This document shows, piece by piece, positions 20,828-30,160 of a DNA stretch of 64,000 bases. The stretch is from Oligoflexia bacterium (GTDB lineage Bacteria > Bdellovibrionota > UBA1018 > CAIPTA01), in contig CAIPTA010000144.1 in assembly GCA_903867855.1 (NCBI GenBank), positions 10,284 to 74,283 of the forward strand. Direction: 5' to 3'. How positions within the stretch are numbered: the stretch's first letter is position 1; each line of letters starts with the position of its first letter. Position numbers and translations under genes: made by a program. The notes beneath the pieces were generated by a model. The model saw nothing but the letters and a program-made list of their open reading frames with translations, made no database searches and was not told the origin of the DNA.

Positions 20828-21405
20828 ATTTGTTCACAAAAATTTTGCCGGGGAATATTCCCTATACCGGAGTGGAGCTACGCCCGCAGTGGATCGCAGA
20901 ACAAACGGGGCATTTCGGTGATGCTTTGGTAGCCTTCCGCGGACCCTGCCATGTGAAATCTTCCGAAATGGTAGACGTAGAAGATTCACGTCGAAATCTT
21001 TTTATCGAATCGAAAGAAATGCTCCACTTTCTCGGGGAGAATTTTCATCTTGGTCTAGATGCGGCAGTGGGTCACCAGCGTTTGCTCATCGCCAATTTTG
21101 TAGAGCTGCTAGCTGCTGAGTTGCCTGCTCAATTTCGCGTGGGCCGCCAGGGCGATGATATTTTTATTCGTGAAACGGGCAATCAGCAAAATTTAAAACT
21201 TTCAGTTTCTGTGGTTACCGCAACTGCCGTTTCAACGATCATTCATTTCGGTGTGAACATTGATGCGAGCGGCGCTCCAGTGCCTGCGATAGGTCTACAA
21301 AATTTAGGCATTGATCCGGAAGCTTTTGCTCAAAAAGTACTCACTCGTTGGGTGTGGGAATTTGATTCTATGTATAAGGCTCGCTGCAAGGTATCGCCCC
21401 GATGA
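20824..21405 (+). CDS. DUF366-like protein, translationally coupled to queC
   Basis: 193 aa. YTGVELRPQWI ... GDALVAFRGPCHV ... EMVDVED ... EMLHFLGENF resembles my recollection of the DUF366 N-terminal pattern. ATGA overlaps on both sides. Confidence 0.4.
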   Translation: MNLFTKILPGNIPYTGVELRPQWIAEQTGHFGDALVAFRGPCHVKSSEMVDVEDSRRNLFIESKEMLHFLGENFHLGLDAAVGHQRLLIANFVELLAAELPAQFRVGRQGDDIFIRETGNQQNLKLSVSVVTATAVSTIIHFGVNIDASGAPVPAIGLQNLGIDPEAFAQKVLTRWVWEFDSMYKARCKVSPR

Positions 21406-22532
21406 CAATCAAGGCGCCGAAACCAAAGCTTCCGCCAATTTCTCCAATCCTCCAAGCTTGTGCCACGTATGTGCCGGGAAAGCCTGTGGAGGAATTGCAA
21501 CGCGAGCTTGGGCTTAGCGATATCATCAAGCTCGCTTCCAATGAAAATCCACTCGGGCCCTCTCCGATCGCGCTTAAGGCGATTGAAAATGAAATTGCGA
21601 ATATACATTTCTATCCGGATGTAAATCACTTTTATTTGCGACAAAAACTGGCAGCCCGGTTAGGGGTTACAGCCCAGGAATTGATTATCGGAAATGGCTC
21701 AGAAGAAGTGGTGAGTTTGTTGATTCGCTCCTATTGTTCGCCTGGCGACAATACTGTGGGATGCGGAGCTGCTTTTTTGGCCTATCGTGTTTGTAGTCAG
21801 GTGCATGGAGTGGAATATCGCGAGCCGGCCCTGAATCGCGATATGAATCTAGAGTTAGAGGAACTCCTCTCTTTGGTAGACGCAAAAACGCGCATTGTTT
21901 TTCTTCCGAACCCGAATAATCCAACGGGCACATACTTGAATCGCGCTACCATGAGAAAACTTTTGCAGCGCTTGCAGGAGCGATCTGTGCTGGTGATGCT
22001 CGATTATGCGTATTGGGAGTATGTGCGCACGAAAGATTTGCCAAGCCCTGAAGAACTCTATTCAGAGTTTCCTAATGTTTTAGTCACCCGCACTTTTTCT
22101 AAAATCTATGGCCTCGCTGGGCTCCGCGTGGGTTACGGCATGGCCCATCCCGATATATTAGAAACCATGCGCAAAGTGAAGATGCCTTTTAATGTGACCA
22201 CGCTTGGTCTTGCGGCGGCACTGGCAGCTCTCGAGGATGAAGCTCATGTGAAACGTTCCTATGATCTAAACGTGGAAGGTATTGAGTATTTGGAAAAAGA
22301 GTTTCAGCGCATGGGTTTGGATTTCTGGCCGAGCCAAGCCAATTTCCTTTTAGTGCGCATGCCAGTGGATGCAAAACAAGTTTATGATAAAATGCTCACC
22401 GAGGGTGTGATTCTCCGCCCAGTGGCAAACTATCGCCTGCCAGAATTTCTGCGTGTGAGCGTAGGCACCATGAGCCAAAATAAGCGCATGATTGCTTCCT
22501 TAGAAAAAACATTGCGCGGTTTTAAGGCATGA
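21402..22532 (+). CDS. hisC: Histidinol-phosphate aminotransferase
   Basis: 376 aa. LASNENPLGPSP, PNPNNPTG, PLP-Lys motif RTFSKIYGLAGLRVGY. Confidence 0.85.
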   Translation: MTIKAPKPKLPPISPILQACATYVPGKPVEELQRELGLSDIIKLASNENPLGPSPIALKAIENEIANIHFYPDVNHFYLRQKLAARLGVTAQELIIGNGSEEVVSLLIRSYCSPGDNTVGCGAAFLAYRVCSQVHGVEYREPALNRDMNLELEELLSLVDAKTRIVFLPNPNNPTGTYLNRATMRKLLQRLQERSVLVMLDYAYWEYVRTKDLPSPEELYSEFPNVLVTRTFSKIYGLAGLRVGYGMAHPDILETMRKVKMPFNVTTLGLAAALAALEDEAHVKRSYDLNVEGIEYLEKEFQRMGLDFWPSQANFLLVRMPVDAKQVYDKMLTEGVILRPVANYRLPEFLRVSVGTMSQNKRMIASLEKTLRGFKA

Positions 22533-23206
22533 GAAATTTACCCATAGTTGCGATTGATGGTCCTGCGGGTAGCGGAAAGAGCACGGTAGCAAAAGCGCTA
22601 GCGAAGCGTTTGCAGTTTGTGCACGTGGATACAGGTGCGCTATATCGCGGAGTTGCTTGGCTCGCCATCCGTAAGGGTGTGGAGCTTGGGGTGGAGCAAG
22701 ATGTGGTGGCCACTTCCAGCGGTGTGAAATTTGAGTTTCGCTATATTGGCGATGGAAATCATCTCTTTCTGGATGGCGAAGATGTGGCGAATTTCATTCG
22801 CACAGAAGAGGTAAGTGCCGCCGCTTCAAAGGTTTCGGCCTTCCCTGGAGTGCGCTCTTTATTATTAGATCTACAGCGTAGCTTTGGGAAAACCGGCGGT
22901 GTTGTGCTCGAGGGGCGTGATATCGGCACGGTGGTTTTTCCCAATGCTGAGTTAAAGTTCTTTCTCTTTGCCTCTCCACAAGAGCGTGCGTTGCGTCGCC
23001 ATCAGGAGCTTAAAGCTAAGGGCATTGAAAGTGATTTAGACTCTGTGGCGCAGGATCTTGCCAAGCGCGATCATCAGGATTCCACAAGGGCCATTGCTCC
23101 CTTGAAGCAAGCTGCTGATGCCATACCTGTTGATACCAGCGGGAAAACCATCGAAGCAGTGCTGGATCAGCTAGAAGCACTGGTTCGCCAGCGCATGGTG
23201 TACTAG
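22529..23206 (+). CDS. cmk: Cytidylate kinase
   Basis: 225 aa. IAIDGPAGSGKST P-loop, DTGALYR, EGRDIGTVVFP. Confidence 0.9.
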   Translation: MRNLPIVAIDGPAGSGKSTVAKALAKRLQFVHVDTGALYRGVAWLAIRKGVELGVEQDVVATSSGVKFEFRYIGDGNHLFLDGEDVANFIRTEEVSAAASKVSAFPGVRSLLLDLQRSFGKTGGVVLEGRDIGTVVFPNAELKFFLFASPQERALRRHQELKAKGIESDLDSVAQDLAKRDHQDSTRAIAPLKQAADAIPVDTSGKTIEAVLDQLEALVRQRMVY

Positions 23207-23215
23207 AATAAGCAC

Positions 23216-24394
23216 ATGCTATCCGACGTGAAACGTATTTTGCTCGTCCGCACGGACAAAATTGGAGATGTAACTCTCACTACGCCGGCCATTGCGGCTC
23301 TAAGAAAAAAGCTCCCTGTTGCCCACTTGGTGGGTTTGGCTTCAAGCATCGGCGCTGAAATTTATCGTAGCAATCCTCACCTGAATGAGACCATCGAGCT
23401 CACGGAGGCCCATAAGGGATTTGTGGGATTTTTTCGATTGTTGATGCTCATCCGCCGGCAACACTTCGATGCGGTGGTTGTGTTTCAATCCCGATTTACC
23501 ATTGCGTTCTTGTTATTTTTGAGCAGGATTCGCTTTCGCGTGGGACCACTTTCAAAGTGGTGGTCGTGGTTATTTTTTAATCGGGGTCGCCGCCAGAATC
23601 GATCCGCTGTGGAGATGCACGAGGCCGATTATAATCTTCAGCTTTTACGCCTCTTTGAGATCACAGTGGCGGGCACTAAAGAGCGCACCTACCTGCAAGT
23701 GCAGCCTGAGGCGAAGCGTAGCGCCCAACGATTTTTTCAGGAAAAGGGTTTGTCTAACGGCAAAAAGACAGTGGCCATTCACCCCGGCATGGCAGGTTCT
23801 GCGCTGAATTGGCCGGAGAGCAATTATAGTTATCTGGGACGCTCCTTAAGTAAGCACTATAATATCGTAGTTACGGGCGGGCTTTCAGAGTCGGCGCTAG
23901 TGGAGCGAGTGTTTCAAAATATTGCGAAAAATCAGAGCTATCTTCCCGATCAACCCGTGGTGGCGAAGTTTATTGGGGAGAGGGGCTTAGCTGAGCTCAT
24001 TGGTATTCTAGACCAATGTGATGGCGTGGTTGCTCCGAGCACCGGCCCCATGCACCTTGCGGTGGCGCTTGGGAAAAAAGTGGTGAGTGTGTTTTCGCCC
24101 ATTAAAGTGCAGAGTGCGGTGCGCTGGGGCCCTTATGGGGTGAATGTGGGCAATAATTTGGGGATTCTACCTCAGGACCAAGCCTCCGTTTTAATTCCCG
24201 ATGTGAATTGTGCGGAGGGTTTTCATTGTGCCCTTTCTGCTTGTATCTATTATCCTTGCATGCCAAGAATTGCTGTAGAGGATGTGGAAACTCAGCTGCT
24301 TGTTTTGCTTGAGGGTTCGTCCGTTTCAATGGTGAAGAGTTCTGCTTTTATGAGCTATGAATTCGAAGATAGTTATGGAGAGTCGGAGCTATGA
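23216..24394 (+). CDS. Glycosyltransferase family 9 (LPS heptosyltransferase-like)
   Basis: 392 aa. N-terminal ILLVRTDKIGDVTLTTPAIAALRK is typical of GT9, and PSTGPMHLAVALG lies in the C-domain. Confidence 0.8.
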   Translation: MLSDVKRILLVRTDKIGDVTLTTPAIAALRKKLPVAHLVGLASSIGAEIYRSNPHLNETIELTEAHKGFVGFFRLLMLIRRQHFDAVVVFQSRFTIAFLLFLSRIRFRVGPLSKWWSWLFFNRGRRQNRSAVEMHEADYNLQLLRLFEITVAGTKERTYLQVQPEAKRSAQRFFQEKGLSNGKKTVAIHPGMAGSALNWPESNYSYLGRSLSKHYNIVVTGGLSESALVERVFQNIAKNQSYLPDQPVVAKFIGERGLAELIGILDQCDGVVAPSTGPMHLAVALGKKVVSVFSPIKVQSAVRWGPYGVNVGNNLGILPQDQASVLIPDVNCAEGFHCALSACIYYPCMPRIAVEDVETQLLVLLEGSSVSMVKSSAFMSYEFEDSYGESEL

Positions 24395-25404
24395 AGTTCG
24401 CGATCAAGCGTAGTCGATTTCAAGAGATTGTTTCTCGATTTTCCAACAAACAAATTCTAGTTATTGGTGATGTTGGGGTGGATCGCTATACGATCGGCTC
24501 CGCAAGCCGTCTTTCGCCAGAAGCACCAGTGCCGGTTGTTGCCGTTACTTCCGTTCGCGATAAATTAGCGATGGCCGCCAACGTAGCAGAAAACTTGCAG
24601 GCGTTCGGAGCCAAGGCTTCGCTAAGCTCTTTGGTTGGCGAAGATCGCGTGGGCAATGAGCTTTACTCTCTTCTTGAAGAGAGTAAAATTTCTAGTTCCG
24701 CTTTGTTTCGTCATCCTTCCCGCCGCACCACCTTGAAAGAAAGAGTGATTGCGCAAAATCAACAAGTGGTGCGTATCGACCATGAGACGAGTGAAGCCCT
24801 TAACGCGGCTGCGGAAGAATTCTATTTGAGCCAAGTGAGTGCCGCTTTTCAGAGTGTGGATGGCGTGATCCTGGAAGACTATGCCAAGGGTCTACTCACG
24901 AAACGCGTTCTTCGCGATGTGATTGCTCTGTGCGAAGCGGAAAAGAAATTTGTTTCTGTGGATCCGCCAACTATGGGCACTCGTTTGCCTTCCGATTATC
25001 GTGGCGTTTCGATGCTCACGCCAAACTTAGCCGAGGCTGAAAAACTTTCTGGTATTGAAATTAAAGACGATGCCTCTTTGCAAAAAGCCGGCGATCACCT
25101 ACTGCAAGAAGTTGGTGCTCCAATCGTAGTGATTACCCAGGGAAAATTGGGGATGACTATTTTTACGAAGCAAGACAAGCCTCTCCACATTCCAACTTTC
25201 GCTCGCGCCGTTTTTGATGTTTCGGGCGCGGGAGATACGGTGATCTCCATGCTCACCCTTGCGATCATCGCTGGGGCGTCTATCGAGGAGAGTGCTATTC
25301 TAGCTAACTTCGCTGCTGGAGTTGGCGTGGGTAAGCCTGGCACCGCCACAGTGAGCTTGGAAGAGCTCGAGCAATACATGCAAATGCATGGTGGACTCAA
25401 TTAG
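24391..25404 (+). CDS. hldA: D-glycero-beta-D-manno-heptose-7-phosphate kinase (RfaE domain I type, PfkB family); no adenylyltransferase domain
   Basis: 337 aa. ILVIGDVGVDRY, PfkB motif DVSGAGDTV. Adjacent to the GT9 gene. Confidence 0.75.
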   Translation: MKFAIKRSRFQEIVSRFSNKQILVIGDVGVDRYTIGSASRLSPEAPVPVVAVTSVRDKLAMAANVAENLQAFGAKASLSSLVGEDRVGNELYSLLEESKISSSALFRHPSRRTTLKERVIAQNQQVVRIDHETSEALNAAAEEFYLSQVSAAFQSVDGVILEDYAKGLLTKRVLRDVIALCEAEKKFVSVDPPTMGTRLPSDYRGVSMLTPNLAEAEKLSGIEIKDDASLQKAGDHLLQEVGAPIVVITQGKLGMTIFTKQDKPLHIPTFARAVFDVSGAGDTVISMLTLAIIAGASIEESAILANFAAGVGVGKPGTATVSLEELEQYMQMHGGLN

Positions 25405-25507
25405 CTTACTGCCTTGCGTTAGCGCAAATCCCTGGGAAAAATCGTAAAGATCCTTTATGGTTATTGCCTAGGAGCCCCTAACTCTTTTGTTTCAATGAGG
25501 TAATTTC

Positions 25508-26023
25508 ATGAAGATTCAGTCCCTTTCCCGCGCATTTTTATTCACCACTCTTCTACTCAGCTTGGGAGTAGTGGGCTGTGCAAAGAAAAAAAATCTTAAG
25601 CCCGATGATGATTCCTCGAACACATCTTCGACTGTTGATGCGGCGGATGTAAATTCAGGCGCTGCCAGCAGTGATAATGATAATGCGATGGGCTTGCGCA
25701 CGATTCACTTCCCTTATGATTCCTTCGTGGTGACTGGCGAGAACAAAGAAATTCTTGAGTCAAACATCAAAATCATGAAGAGCAACGAGTCGATGAAAGT
25801 GCAAATTGAGGGTCACTGCGATGAACGCGGTGGCATTCAATACAATCTAGCTCTTGGCGAAAAACGCGCTAATGCGATTGCAAAGTTGATGACGGCTGGT
25901 GGCATTGCGAAATCTCGTGTTAACACGATCAGCATGGGAAAAGAAAAGCCGATTGCTCAAGGCAGTGGTGAAGAAGTTTGGGCGAAAAATCGTCGCGCCA
26001 ACTATGTGATCACGGAGAAGTAA
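25508..26023 (+). CDS. pal: Peptidoglycan-associated lipoprotein
   Basis: 171 aa. Lipobox VVGCA and OmpA-like domain IHFPYDSF ... EGHCDERGGIQYNLALGEKRANA ... NRRANYVI. Confidence 0.9.
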   Translation: MKIQSLSRAFLFTTLLLSLGVVGCAKKKNLKPDDDSSNTSSTVDAADVNSGAASSDNDNAMGLRTIHFPYDSFVVTGENKEILESNIKIMKSNESMKVQIEGHCDERGGIQYNLALGEKRANAIAKLMTAGGIAKSRVNTISMGKEKPIAQGSGEEVWAKNRRANYVITEK

Positions 26024-26032
26024 GTTTTTTTC

Positions 26033-26386
26033 ATGAAGAAAATAGGGCTGCAATCGCTAGCACGACTTGTGAAGTTGAGCCTCGGCGGGGCGGCCCTTTT
26101 TTTATTGGTGGGGTGCTCGGCGTTTGGTACGCGTCCGGTAAGGCAGATGTCTTATGCGGAAGCGGCTTTCAAAGCGGCAACCCAAGCCAACGCCGAAAAC
26201 TCTCAGCCCCAGCTATACCTGCTCGCGAAAGATACCTTGCTTCGCGCTCGCTCCTATTACCGTTTAAAAAATTTCAAGCAAGCCAGAATTTTTGCTATCC
26301 GATCAAGACGCTTTTCTGAAGATGCCGAACTCAAGGCAGTGCGTGGAGAAAGCAGTTCCAAACAAGGCGAATCTCTGGTGAAATAA
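26033..26386 (+). CDS. Small helical lipoprotein (DUF4398-like?)
   Basis: 117 aa. Lipobox LLVGCS and an Ala-rich helical body. Sits between pal and cpoB. Confidence 0.5.
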   Translation: MKKIGLQSLARLVKLSLGGAALFLLVGCSAFGTRPVRQMSYAEAAFKAATQANAENSQPQLYLLAKDTLLRARSYYRLKNFKQARIFAIRSRRFSEDAELKAVRGESSSKQGESLVK

Positions 26387-26390
26387 CTGC

Positions 26391-27167
26391 ATGGAAAATA
26401 AATCTATGCGTGGTCCCGTCGCGATCCTATTCACTAGTTTTTTACTCACTGGTTGTTTTCAAACCCGTGCGGATATTCAACAAGAAAAAGAGCAACAGGC
26501 AATGGAAAGTTCCATGCAGCAGAGTGTTGCGGAACAATCGCAATCTCTGGAAGAACTACAGCAACATGTAGCGAAGTTACAGGGGCATATCGAAGAGCTT
26601 GAACACGGCCATAAGTCAGATGCGGGCGCCGAGCAGAAAAATCAGGAAGAGTTAAATAAAAAACTTGCCGCCATCACCGCACGATTGGATGCGATTGAGC
26701 AGAAACAAGAAGTGCTCTTCACAGAAGTAACGAAAGCCAAGCAAGAAGCTTTGCAAGCCCCAAAGTCTGCTCCAGCGGAACTTGCCCAAGGTGGAACTCC
26801 AAAACGAAAAGCCGCGGGCTTTGAGGCGGGCATCACCGCATTTCACGCTCATCAATATGCAGATGCAGCTGCAAATTTTAGTGCTTATTTGAAATCAGGA
26901 AAAAGCGTGAAGCATGCGCTTGATGCCAACTATTTTTTGGGCGAATCGCAGTATCAGCTGAAGCAATATTCTCAAGCTATTTTGGCCTATAATGCAGTTC
27001 ATGAAAAGGCGGGTAAGGCCTTGCTAGGTCGCAAGGCAACTCTGCGAATCGCGGAGTGCTTTTCGTTGATGGGAAATCACAAGGATGCGAAAGCTTTTGC
27101 CCAGCTTCTCTTGGATGCGAGCCCAGATAGTGCTGAAGCGAGAGCAGCACGGAAGTACTTGAAATGA
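26391..27167 (+). CDS. cpoB: Tol-Pal system protein YbgF/CpoB
   Basis: 258 aa. Signal peptide, Gln/Glu-rich coiled coil, C-terminal TPR-like repeats. Position directly after pal. Confidence 0.65.
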   Translation: MENKSMRGPVAILFTSFLLTGCFQTRADIQQEKEQQAMESSMQQSVAEQSQSLEELQQHVAKLQGHIEELEHGHKSDAGAEQKNQEELNKKLAAITARLDAIEQKQEVLFTEVTKAKQEALQAPKSAPAELAQGGTPKRKAAGFEAGITAFHAHQYADAAANFSAYLKSGKSVKHALDANYFLGESQYQLKQYSQAILAYNAVHEKAGKALLGRKATLRIAECFSLMGNHKDAKAFAQLLLDASPDSAEARAARKYLK

Positions 27168-28720
27168 AAAACCTGATTTTTACTGCGCTTGCGTTAGTGC
27201 TGGCATCGTGCACCTCGAGCAAGCAGTCTACGAAGTCTAATTCAGGAAGCATCTATATCATGTACAATAATGATAACTTTGCTTTCCTGGATCCTTGCGG
27301 CTGCCGCATCTCTCCGATCGGAGGAATTGATCGTAGATGGAATGCAATGCAAGGCTATGCAGAAGAGTCGCGCGTATTTGTTGATGGCGGGAATTTTCTA
27401 TTCAAGAGCCCGAGCGCGGCAGACTATCTCAAGCCACAATGGTTTGAGCAGGCCAAGGGCGTGGTGGAAGGATACAATCTTCTGCATGCAGATGCTGTTG
27501 CTATTGGAGAAAATGAGTTTGCGCTCGGTGTGAAAAAGTTTGAAGAGATCGCCGCTACGGCGAACTTCCCTTTCCTATCAGCCAATATTTATAAAAAGGG
27601 CACAGATACTCTGTTTGCCAAGGATTCCATTCTCCTCGAAAAGCGTGGAAAGAAAATTGGCGTTTTCGCTGTATTTTTGCCGAGCCTCAAGTTGCCTCCT
27701 GAATTAGAGGCGCGAGATATTAATGAGGCTGCTCGTGAGGAAGTGAAAAAACTTCGCGCTAGAGGAGCAGATTTAGTGATCGCTCTTGCGCACGAAGGCT
27801 ATGAGAATGATTTGAAGTTGGCTAAGGCTGTGCCCGGTATCGATCTGATTGTGGGCGCAAGCTCGCAAAGTTTGTTGCAAAATCCAACCTCGGAAGGGGA
27901 TACGCGAATTGTGCAGCTCTCTAGCCAAGGGCAGATGTTTGCCTACTTAGAGTATGGTCTCCAGGAATTTCCGAAAAAGCTTCTTAGCAATGTGGTGCTT
28001 GAGCTGAATGCGGATTTCAACCATTCGCCGAACGATGAAGCGAATCCGATGAAAAATTTGATTGCGGTTACCAACTTGCGCATTGGCCAGGCAAATCGCA
28101 AGCTCGATGAAAAAATTTGGGCCGAACATAAGGATGCTGTAGCTGGGTATGATACTTTCATTAGCTGCCGTGATTGCCATAGTAAGCAAGCAGAGTTTCA
28201 AGAAGGCAAGCCCCATGCGGCCTCATTCTTGGCATTGGTCGCTAAGAAGCAGGAAACTAACCTAGACTGTGTGAAGTGCCATAGCGTAGGCCTCGGTGTG
28301 CCAGGTGGATTCCAGTCGATGTCAGAAGCGCTTCGCGATGAGTCTGGGCAGGGTGTGGCGGTTGAATCTGTGATTGCGAAAATGGGCAAAGATTTTCCAC
28401 CTAAAGAAGAATATCGTGTGCTGTATCATAAGGATCCAAAACACTTACGTGCTGATGTGCAGCGCTGGATTGCCTCCTTGCAAAGTAGTGGGGTGAAGAA
28501 GGCCTTCCTCGGCATGCAGTGCGAGAATTGCCATGGTGGAATGTCTGGGCATCCATTTGCCAACGATAATAAGTCACCCACCGTAACTAGCGCAATTTGC
28601 CTGCAGTGCCACACCAAAGAGCAGGCTCCAGCTTGGTACGGTAGCGATGGAAAAGTAAACACAGCGGTAGTGGCAGCGGCGATTAAAGAAATGGGCTGTC
28701 CTCGCAATACGAAAGAGTAG
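27164..28720 (+). CDS. Lipoprotein fusing a degenerate calcineurin/5'-nucleotidase-like domain to a C-terminal tetra-haem cytochrome c domain
   Basis: 518 aa. Lipobox LASC. N-domain resembles UshA-type phosphoesterases but lacks the metal ligands (NNDNF, DGGNF, GENEF). Four CxxCH motifs: CRDCH, CVKCH, CENCH, CLQCH (28166-28612). Confidence 0.7.
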   Translation: MKNLIFTALALVLASCTSSKQSTKSNSGSIYIMYNNDNFAFLDPCGCRISPIGGIDRRWNAMQGYAEESRVFVDGGNFLFKSPSAADYLKPQWFEQAKGVVEGYNLLHADAVAIGENEFALGVKKFEEIAATANFPFLSANIYKKGTDTLFAKDSILLEKRGKKIGVFAVFLPSLKLPPELEARDINEAAREEVKKLRARGADLVIALAHEGYENDLKLAKAVPGIDLIVGASSQSLLQNPTSEGDTRIVQLSSQGQMFAYLEYGLQEFPKKLLSNVVLELNADFNHSPNDEANPMKNLIAVTNLRIGQANRKLDEKIWAEHKDAVAGYDTFISCRDCHSKQAEFQEGKPHAASFLALVAKKQETNLDCVKCHSVGLGVPGGFQSMSEALRDESGQGVAVESVIAKMGKDFPPKEEYRVLYHKDPKHLRADVQRWIASLQSSGVKKAFLGMQCENCHGGMSGHPFANDNKSPTVTSAICLQCHTKEQAPAWYGSDGKVNTAVVAAAIKEMGCPRNTKE

Positions 28721-28725
28721 GAGAT

Positions 28726-29286
28726 CTAACTCTTCGATTTAGGGGCCAAATTCATTTTACGGATTGCTTCCAGGCTATCTTTGCCTAGATTGCCTTTCGC
28801 TAAAACTTTTAAAATAAAATCTGTTTTTCCCTCTATATAATCGTCGATGGAGTTAGGAAATTTTTCTGCCAGTCGAAATTTTAGCGAACCGTATTCATCG
28901 CGTAGAGCTGTATTTTCTCGTAAGGCATCGCGTAGGGAGAGATGATTTAGCAGCGCCTCACTATGGCTAGGGCAGACGTATAAATTATGTTTTATTTCTG
29001 GCTGCGGGTGCCGAAATGCCTCTCTGTTTTCGATACCCAGATTGCCTCTATGCTCATAGCCTAGACTAGCGAGTTTGTCTGCGATTTGCGGCAAGAGAGA
29101 GAGATCGGAAATCACAATATCAATATCGATGATAGGTTTTGCGGCAAGCCCTTGCACAGAAGTGCTTCCCACATGCTCTATAGCAAGAGCCAGATCGGAA
29201 ACTTTAATCCAGAGTAGAGCTTTGAGTTTACTAAATTGCCTTGGCCATTCTTCACTATAGGGGCAAACGATAACCGCGCTGCTCAT
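28726..29286 (-). CDS. GrpB/UPF0157 family protein (nucleotidyltransferase fold)
   Basis: 186 aa. HVGSTSVQGLAAKPIIDIDI and the later NLYVCP ... FRD pattern are typical of GrpB. Confidence 0.75.
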   Translation of the reverse strand: MSSAVIVCPYSEEWPRQFSKLKALLWIKVSDLALAIEHVGSTSVQGLAAKPIIDIDIVISDLSLLPQIADKLASLGYEHRGNLGIENREAFRHPQPEIKHNLYVCPSHSEALLNHLSLRDALRENTALRDEYGSLKFRLAEKFPNSIDDYIEGKTDFILKVLAKGNLGKDSLEAIRKMNLAPKSKS

Positions 29287-29289
29287 TAT

Positions 29290-29925
29290 TTAATTCCAGT
29301 TAACGGTGAATTCTGCGGCTGGGCCTTCGGCCTTCTCGATCTTGATGAAGCCCTTATTTAGGCCGTGCAGGAAAACATCTTTCGTTACTTCAACGTCTTT
29401 CAAGCAATACTCGATGATCTTTTTCACATCGCCTTGCTTCCACCATTCTACTGCCATGATACCATCCGCACTTTTGCCCACGCCGAGGGTGGCGGTGGCC
29501 ACTTTCTCTAGCTTCACAAATTTCCAGCCGCTCACATTATGGATATCGAGCATGATATCAAAGGTGTCGAGCTTTGAGTGGTGAGGGCAGCCGTACTTCT
29601 CGAGCACCGGCAAATCGAAGCCAATAATATTATAGCCAATCACGAGGCGCTCTTTGCAGAGCTTGATCATGTCGCCTAATTGATCTTCCGTATAGGAGTA
29701 GAATTTGCCATCGCGAGAATCGTAGGCGCAGGCCACCGATACTTCGAGAGCTTTAAAGTTTTTCCAGCCACCTACGGCATCCACTAGCGTTTTTGTTTCG
29801 ATATCCACTACGAGAAAATCTTTGTGATTTTGAAATAGAGAGGCAGGCGACAAGTCGCTGCCCAAAGGGATGCTAAGATCATGGCTCCAGAAGGAGGAAC
29901 TGAGTTTTACGCGATTTGTGCTCAT
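29290..29925 (-). CDS. Stand-alone DEDDy-type 3'-5' exonuclease (RNase H-like fold)
   Basis: 211 aa. ExoI VVDIET, ExoII GYNIIGFDLPVL, ExoIII YCLKD (Y-x3-D). Confidence 0.65.
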   Translation of the reverse strand: MSTNRVKLSSSFWSHDLSIPLGSDLSPASLFQNHKDFLVVDIETKTLVDAVGGWKNFKALEVSVACAYDSRDGKFYSYTEDQLGDMIKLCKERLVIGYNIIGFDLPVLEKYGCPHHSKLDTFDIMLDIHNVSGWKFVKLEKVATATLGVGKSADGIMAVEWWKQGDVKKIIEYCLKDVEVTKDVFLHGLNKGFIKIEKAEGPAAEFTVNWN

Positions 29926-30090
29926 AGGAATTGGATACCATAGTTCGAAAATCGCTTCAAAAGATTGCGCAGACTCTCTGTGTCTAAATGGAATATAAAT
30001 ATTTTATGTTTGTATCTACTTGGACAATGTTTAAAAATTCGCTGGAGATTCGTGCCTTTACCCCCGCATCCGGAACCCACAGATTTTTGC

Positions 30091-30119
30091 TTGACCAAAA
30101 CAATCAGGCTTGTTAGAGT
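30091..30119 (+). promoter_or_regulatory. Sigma70-like promoter for the riboswitch RNA
   Basis: TTGACC (30091-30096), 17-nt spacer, TAGAGT (30114-30119). T-rich stretch just upstream. Predicted TSS about 30126. Confidence 0.5.
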
Positions 30120-30160
30120 TGAAATATAGGGAATGGGAAACAAATTTTAAGTTAGGAAAT

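Noticed and set aside
29922-30143. A 73-aa minus-strand ORF has a stop that overlaps the exonuclease ATG (ATGA).
   Set aside because: The translation is low-complexity and Lys/Ile/Phe-rich, from an AT-rich promoter region. It spans both the predicted riboswitch promoter and the likely exonuclease promoter and has no SD. It is most likely a spurious ORF.
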